Shown here: positions 58,222 to 64,000 of the stretch, piece by piece
Layout: each line of letters begins with the position of its first letter
Numbering within the stretch: the first letter of the stretch is position 1
Origin: Yoonia sp.
GTDB taxonomy: Bacteria; Pseudomonadota; Alphaproteobacteria; Rhodobacterales; Rhodobacteraceae
Reading direction: 5' to 3'
NCBI GenBank assembly: GCA_047629435.1
Contig: JBLHXF010000014.1
Coordinates: 801 to 64,800 of the forward strand
DNA: 64,000 bases
Made by a program: the position numbers and the translations under genes
The notes under the pieces: generated by a model
Database searches by the model: none
Seen by the model: only the letters and a program-made list of their open reading frames with translations
What the model was told of the DNA's origin: nothing

Positions 58222-61066
58222 GAACACGACCTCCCTCAGGGTCAAAGAACACAGGATCACAGACTTCAACTTGCGCATCCAATCCACGCATATGGTCCAC
58301 CATGCGGATCACCTCGCCGTGCCGCGCGCGACCCCGCTCCAAGAACCCCAACGCCAGCATCGACCCAATCGTCGGCGAGAATCCAACAGACGTGATATAC
58401 CCCTGCCCGTTCACGCGCACTGGGTCCGCACCGCTCTCAAACAAATGCGCGCCAGCGCTCAATTGCTTCACCGCACCAACAGGTTTTAATCCAACCAATT
58501 GGGCGCGGTCAGAATCAAGCAACCCAATGCGGCGCGACATCGCCTGACCCACACAATCCTTCTTCATGTTGACCATCCGGTCCATACCAATATCAAACGC
58601 AGTCACACGGCCATGGATTTCGGCGTGGGTGATGAAACCCTTTTCAATGCGCAGCACATTCAGCGCCTCCATCCCATAAGGACCACCGCCCTGCGCTGCT
58701 GCACGATCAACCAAAGTATCATAAAGCGCAGCCCCAAACCGCGCAGGAACTGCCAACTCAAACGCCATCTCACCTGAAAACGAAATACGGAATACGCGGG
58801 CCTTCACTTCACCAATCGTGACATCAGCACAGCCCATAAACGGCAGCTCATCAATCCCTTGGTCCAACACCCCGTTTAACAATTCCCGAGACGTCGGCCC
58901 AGCAACCCCAAACTGCGCCCACTGCTCAGTCACGCTGATCACACGGGCATCCAACTCGGGGCGCAAAACCTGCAACACAAACTCCAAATGCCGCATGACC
59001 AAACCGGCAGCCGCCGTCGTCGTGGTCATGACATAGTGGTTTTCACCCAACCGCGCAGTAGTACCGTCATCCAACACATGCCCATCTTCGCGCAGCATCA
59101 AACCATAGCGCGCGCGCCCGACCTTCAGCGTCGAAAACGTATTGGCATAAACGAAATCAAGCAGTGCCGCGGCATGAGGCCCCTGAATATCAATCTTACC
59201 CAGCGTGGACACGTCAACAACACCAACGGCCTCGCGAACCATGTTGACCTCGCGGTCACACGACTGACGCCAGTTCTTTTCGCCCTCAACGGGGAAATAA
59301 CTCGGTCGGTACCACAACCCCGCCTCGATCATCGGAGCCTTCATGCCAACCGATGCGTCATGCGACGTCGTATATCGCTGCGGCGCAAACCCCATGCCAG
59401 CGGCGCCGGCCCCCATCGCCGCAATCGGCACGGGCACAAACGGCGGACGAAACGTGGTTGTCCCTGTCTCTGGTATCCCGCGCCCCGTGACATCGGCCAA
59501 AATAGCCAAAGCCACTACATTCGACGACTTCCCTTGATCAGGGGCCATGCCTTGGGTCGTATACCGCTTCATATGCTCGACTGATTGGAAATTCTCACGT
59601 GCAGCCAGCTCAATGTCTTTCACATGCACATCGTTCTGATAGTCGATCCACTTACGCCCCTTCCCAGCAACCGACCACACAGGCGTGATAACATATGGGG
59701 TGTCATCCGCATCCGGCAACGCAACAGGTTTGGCCTTCAATCCAAGGTTCTTAACGACAGCCTCCGCAATCTGCGTAGCATCAGCCAAACAACCCAACGT
59801 GTCAAAAACACCGTGGCACGCACCAGCAGTCACCAAATTAGGCACAGCCCCCGCACTTGGCACAAACGATGCAATCTTCTCGTCCCAAATCGGGCGGCCA
59901 TTCATATGGCAGGTCAGATGCACAGTCGGGTTCCAACCACCAGTGACAGCCAAACAGTCCACATTGATCTGTTCCACCACGCCGTCCCGGTCCACAGTAA
60001 TTGACGTCAAACCATGGCGGCCCTTGGTGCCAATCACGCGATCCCCAGCAACGGCATCGATCTGGGCCACCACGTCTATCCCAGCATCTGTCAAATCCCG
60101 CGTAGTCCGCGCCACATCCCCCGTATTGCCAAACACAGCAACACGCGCGCCAGTGGCAACACCCCAACGGTTAACATATGCACGCACAGCCCCCGCCATC
60201 ATCACACCCGGTCGGTCATTGTTCGCAAACGCAATCCCGCGCTCCAACGCACCAGCACACAGCACGGTCCGTTTGGCGACAATGCGCCAGAAACACGCCT
60301 TCAGCCCCGCGCGATCAACACGTTCAAACGCGCCAAACGTCCCTTGATCATAAACACCCGTCACCGCCGTACGGGTCATCACACGAACATTGGGCATGGC
60401 AAGCAACTTGGCCTCAGCTGCGGCGACCCACTCCATCGCAGGCCGACCATCAATATCCTCAACCTCAGACATCAACCGCCCGCCCAGCGCACTATCTTCC
60501 TCAGCCAAAATAACATCAGCCCCCGCATCGGCAGCAACCATTGCAGCCATCAACCCAGCAGGGCCAGCACCAATCACTAACACATCACAAAACGCAAAAG
60601 CCTTCTCATACGTCTCCGGATCAGCCTTACCGCTCAGGCCACCAAGCCCAGCAGCACGGCGAATAATCGGCTCGTAAACCTTTTCCCAAAACGCCTTTGG
60701 CCACATGAACGTTTTATAATAGAACCCAGCTCCCAAGAACGGCGACACCAGATCGTTCACAGCCATCACATCGGCCTTCAGCGACGGCCAAGCATTTTGC
60801 GAAAACGCCTCCAGTCCCTCAAAAACCTCTTGCACAGTCGCACGCACATTCGGCTCGGCAACATCGCCACAGCCAATCGTAACAAGCGCATTTGGCTCCT
60901 CAGACCCCGATCCCATCACTCCACGGGGGCGATGATACTTAAACGAACGGGCCACCATTTTCACATCATTGGCGATCAAAGCCGCAGCCAAAGTCTCCCC
61001 CTCAACGCCGCGATACGTCACCCCATCAAATGTAAACGGAACGGTCTGAACCTCGCGCAATCTCAC
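58214..61066 (-). CDS. soxA: Sarcosine oxidase subunit alpha
   Basis: FTFDG..G.TLAAAL, RSFKYHRPRG, GAGPAG, KRYTT.GM..DQGK, TTFRPP, GcvT-like DVSTLGKI. True start taken as GTG 61066 overlapping the soxD stop. Confidence 0.95.
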   Translation of the reverse strand: MRLREVQTVPFTFDGVTYRGVEGETLAAALIANDVKMVARSFKYHRPRGVMGSGSEEPNALVTIGCGDVAEPNVRATVQEVFEGLEAFSQNAWPSLKADVMAVNDLVSPFLGAGFYYKTFMWPKAFWEKVYEPIIRRAAGLGGLSGKADPETYEKAFAFCDVLVIGAGPAGLMAAMVAADAGADVILAEEDSALGGRLMSEVEDIDGRPAMEWVAAAEAKLLAMPNVRVMTRTAVTGVYDQGTFGAFERVDRAGLKACFWRIVAKRTVLCAGALERGIAFANNDRPGVMMAGAVRAYVNRWGVATGARVAVFGNTGDVARTTRDLTDAGIDVVAQIDAVAGDRVIGTKGRHGLTSITVDRDGVVEQINVDCLAVTGGWNPTVHLTCHMNGRPIWDEKIASFVPSAGAVPNLVTAGACHGVFDTLGCLADATQIAEAVVKNLGLKAKPVALPDADDTPYVITPVWSVAGKGRKWIDYQNDVHVKDIELAARENFQSVEHMKRYTTQGMAPDQGKSSNVVALAILADVTGRGIPETGTTTFRPPFVPVPIAAMGAGAAGMGFAPQRYTTSHDASVGMKAPMIEAGLWYRPSYFPVEGEKNWRQSCDREVNMVREAVGVVDVSTLGKIDIQGPHAAALLDFVYANTFSTLKVGRARYGLMLREDGHVLDDGTTARLGENHYVMTTTTAAAGLVMRHLEFVLQVLRPELDARVISVTEQWAQFGVAGPTSRELLNGVLDQGIDELPFMGCADVTIGEVKARVFRISFSGEMAFELAVPARFGAALYDTLVDRAAAQGGGPYGMEALNVLRIEKGFITHAEIHGRVTAFDIGMDRMVNMKKDCVGQAMSRRIGLLDSDRAQLVGLKPVGAVKQLSAGAHLFESGADPVRVNGQGYITSVGFSPTIGSMLALGFLERGRARHGEVIRMVDHMRGLDAQVEVCDPVFFDPEGGRVRG

Positions 61067-61326
61067 CGCGCTACCTCGCGTGCCAAAACAACATCCGACA
61101 CCACATGCGAAACAGTATCGCGGGTCACAATCAACCAAGCCCCACAACCTGCCTCGTGATGCCAAAGATCACGGGTTATGCCCGCCGGATTATCCCGCAA
61201 ATGCAAATACTCATCCCAAACGTCCAAATCCGCAGCGCGATCAGGACGGTCCAACGCAACAGCATCGCCAACATAATAAAACTCGCGGCGATCCCGCTCT
61301 CCACACACCGGACACTTAATGCGCAT
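61063..61326 (-). CDS. soxD: Sarcosine oxidase subunit delta
   Basis: CPVCGER..EF, RDNP.G, WHHEAGCGAW..RDT. Confidence 0.93.
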   Translation of the reverse strand: MRIKCPVCGERDRREFYYVGDAVALDRPDRAADLDVWDEYLHLRDNPAGITRDLWHHEAGCGAWLIVTRDTVSHVVSDVVLAREVAR

Positions 61327-61358
61327 TCACCCACCTCGCTTTTTCCAAAATACTCATC

Positions 61359-62612
61359 TTAATGCAGATTATGCTGGGCGCCCGTGCCCTCTTCATCCAT
61401 CAGGCCAATGCCATCACGGAACCTATCCAACCGAAATCCAGCCGCAGGAGCATGATGCTGACCCGTCGCCAACAAATGGGCAAACGAATATCCCGATCCC
61501 GGCACAGCCTTGAACCCGCCGTAACACCACCCGCAATCCAGATAGAGGCCTTCAATATGCGTCTTATCAATAATCGGGCTGCCATCAGGCGTCATATCCA
61601 TAATGCCGCCCCATGACCGCAACACGCGGGCCTTACCGATCATCGGCATTAAGGTCATCGCGGCCTCCATCACATGCTCTTTCATAGGCAAATTACCACG
61701 CGCAGCATAAGACGCGTAAAAATCAAGGTCGCCGCCAAACACAAGGCCACCCTTATCCGACTGACTAATATAGAAATGGCCCATACCAAAGCTGACGACA
61801 TGATCAATCACAGGCTTTAGGCCCTCGGTGACAAACGCCTGCAACACATGGCTTTCAATCGGCAACCGCATACCTGCCATGGCAGCAACCTGCCCAGACC
61901 GACCAGCAGTCACAATCGCGACCTTCTTGGCACGAATGGCACCGCGCGTGGTTTGAACGCCCTTCACAACACCCGCCTCAATATCAATCCCCGTGACTTC
62001 ACAATTTTGGATCAAGTCAACACCGCGCTGGTCGGCACCGCGCGCATAGCCCCACGCAACAGCATCATGTCGGGCAGTCCCACCGCGACGGTGCAACAAC
62101 CCGCCATAGATCGGAAATCGGCCATTTTCAAAATCCAGATACGGCAAATGCTTGCGCACACCCGCAACATCCAGCAACTCGGCATCATCACCTTGATTAA
62201 CCATGGCATTGCCGCGACGGGCAAAAGCATCGCGCTGACCATCCGAATGGAACAAATTGATCACGCCACGCTGTGACATCATCGTGTTGTAATTCAGCTC
62301 CTGCTCCATACCTTCCCACAGGTTCAGCGAGTGGGAATAAAACTCGGAATTTCCTGGCAAAAAGTAATTGGCACGCACAATCGTGGTATTCCGCCCCACG
62401 TTGCCACCGCCCAAATATCCCTTTTCCAGCACGGCGATATTTGTCATGCCATGTTCTTTCGCAAGGTAAAACGCAGTCGACAACCCGTGACCACCGCCAC
62501 CAATAATGACGATGTCATATTCATCCTTGGGATCAGGATTACGCCATTGTGGGGTCCAGCCCTTCTGGCCAAACAACCCTTCCTTTAAGACACGAAAGCC
62601 CGAAAATCCCAT
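61359..62612 (-). CDS. soxB: Sarcosine oxidase subunit beta
   Basis: GGGGHGLSTAFYL, GGGNVGRNTTIVRANY, RHDAVAWGY, GWCYGGFKA. Confidence 0.96.
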   Translation of the reverse strand: MGFSGFRVLKEGLFGQKGWTPQWRNPDPKDEYDIVIIGGGGHGLSTAFYLAKEHGMTNIAVLEKGYLGGGNVGRNTTIVRANYFLPGNSEFYSHSLNLWEGMEQELNYNTMMSQRGVINLFHSDGQRDAFARRGNAMVNQGDDAELLDVAGVRKHLPYLDFENGRFPIYGGLLHRRGGTARHDAVAWGYARGADQRGVDLIQNCEVTGIDIEAGVVKGVQTTRGAIRAKKVAIVTAGRSGQVAAMAGMRLPIESHVLQAFVTEGLKPVIDHVVSFGMGHFYISQSDKGGLVFGGDLDFYASYAARGNLPMKEHVMEAAMTLMPMIGKARVLRSWGGIMDMTPDGSPIIDKTHIEGLYLDCGWCYGGFKAVPGSGYSFAHLLATGQHHAPAAGFRLDRFRDGIGLMDEEGTGAQHNLH

Positions 62613-62747
62613 AGCCCAATCCCTCATAGCGTAACATTGACGCTATGCGGACAAACCACAGATGAAAAGCCGCGCGACCATAAAAAATGGCCCGGAACAA
62701 TCTGCTCCGCGCCACTCAAAATGTCATGCGCGCAGCGCGCATTTAGG

Positions 62748-64000
62748 TCAAAGCCCCTTAGCTTGGTAACTCATGGCAACCTTACCGATCGACACAATAT
62801 AGGCGGCAGTCCGCAAATCCTTCACATCATCGCGTGCATGCCAAACTTTACGCATCGACTGATAAGCCGACCGCATCGTGTCATCCAAACCGGACCGCAC
62901 CAGCTCCAATTCGTCAGCGCCGCGCAGGTACTTTTCTTTAAAGTCCTTTGACATCGACCAATCCGCACCCAAATAGCGGTCCAAACGCTGCAATTCGTCA
63001 ACTAACACCTGATGACGGGCTTCCTCAGCACGACGCTGCATACGGCCAAAACGGATATGGCTTAGGTTCTTGACCCATTCGAAATATGACACGGTCACAC
63101 CGCCCGCATTGGCGTACATATCGGGAATAATGACACAGCCCTTGTCGCGCAAAATATCATCGGCACCCGCAGTAACAGGGCCATTCGCAGCCTCAATAAT
63201 CAACGGGGCCTTAATGCGGTCAGCGTTCGTCAAATTGATCACAGCTTCCAACGCAGCAGGGATCAGGATGTCACATTCGGTTTCCAACAACAGGGCACCG
63301 TCAGCATGGTGGTTCGCATCCGGATAACCAGAAACGCCGCCATGTTTGGCGATCCAAGCATGTACGGCCTCAACATCCAATCCGTCTTCATTATGTAAGG
63401 CACCATCGCGTTCAATAATACCCGTGATGATTGACCCATCTTCTTCCGACAGAAACTTGGCGGCGTGATAGCCCACATTGCCAAGGCCTTGAACAATAAC
63501 GCGTTTGCCCTCCAACGTGCCCGTTAATCCAGCAGCGGCTTTATCCTCATCATACCGGAAAAACTCGCGCAAGGCGTATTGGACACCGCGACCCGTAGCC
63601 TCGGTACGGCCTTGAATACCGCCCGCATTAATCGGCTTACCAGTGACACAAGCAGCCCCATTAATATCGGTCGTATTCATGCGCTTATACTGATCGGCAA
63701 TCCATGCCATCTCACGCTCACCAGTGCCCATATCAGGGGCCGGCACGTTTTGGGCTGGGTGGATCAGGTCACGCTTGATCAGCTCATAAGCAAACCGGCG
63801 GGTAATCTGTTCGAGCTCATGGGGCTCCCACTCTGACGGATCAATGCGCAAACCGCCCTTTGACCCACCAAACGGGGCCTCAACCAATGCACATTTGAAC
63901 GTCATCAACGCAGCCAGTGCTTCGACTTCATCCTGATGCACGTTCGGGGCGAAACGAATCCCGCCTTTGACTGGCTCCATATGTTCGGAATGCACGGACC
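62748..64000 (-). CDS. gdhA: Glu/Leu/Phe/Val dehydrogenase (glutamate dehydrogenase), 5'-partial
   Basis: KGGIRF, MTFKCA..PFGGSKGG, PAPDMGT, TGKP..GG..GR.EATG, QGLGNVG, EAANGP, NAGGVTVSYFEW. Confidence 0.93.
   Translation of the reverse strand, partial: SVHSEHMEPVKGGIRFAPNVHQDEVEALAALMTFKCALVEAPFGGSKGGLRIDPSEWEPHELEQITRRFAYELIKRDLIHPAQNVPAPDMGTGEREMAWIADQYKRMNTTDINGAACVTGKPINAGGIQGRTEATGRGVQYALREFFRYDEDKAAAGLTGTLEGKRVIVQGLGNVGYHAAKFLSEEDGSIITGIIERDGALHNEDGLDVEAVHAWIAKHGGVSGYPDANHHADGALLLETECDILIPAALEAVINLTNADRIKAPLIIEAANGPVTAGADDILRDKGCVIIPDMYANAGGVTVSYFEWVKNLSHIRFGRMQRRAEEARHQVLVDELQRLDRYLGADWSMSKDFKEKYLRGADELELVRSGLDDTMRSAYQSMRKVWHARDDVKDLRTAAYIVSIGKVAMSYQAKGL

Noticed and set aside
61067-61165. 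N-terminal extension of the soxA ORF in the track
   Set aside because: Overlaps soxD in another frame; GTG at 61066 coupled to the soxD stop is the plausible start.

Overview
Chromosomal window of a marine Rhodobacteraceae (Roseobacter group; my inference from gene order and protein sequences), about 55% GC by eye. Most of it is housekeeping: glyQ/glyS, metZ with a SAM-II riboswitch, ftsY, xseA, purD, the carD-fdxA-hslR-helicase block, a ligase-associated exonuclease and ATP-dependent ligase, pepF, rpoH, rluD, tRNA-His, 6S RNA, an nrdR-rib-nusB cluster interrupted by kpsS/kpsD/kpsC, dnaG-rpoD, soxBDAG and a partial gdh. I saw no transposase, integrase, phage gene, rRNA or CRISPR array. Main leads: (1) a 5-kb accessory block (30.1-35.1 kb) split into two gene cassettes by three clusters of degenerate 30-nt palindromic units with 15-nt spacers; one cassette holds LysR/sulfotransferase/ABM-like genes, the other a secreted lectin-like/YHYH/atypical-PEBP trio. 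(2) Six GANTC (CcrM) sites in 64 bp directly upstream of rpoD, five in the GcrA-preferred YGAKTCG context. (3) A DnaA box plus two NrdR-like boxes upstream of nrdR. (4) A peptidoglycan-binding trypsin-fold protein missing its whole catalytic triad. All assignments come from reading motifs by eye; no database search was run.
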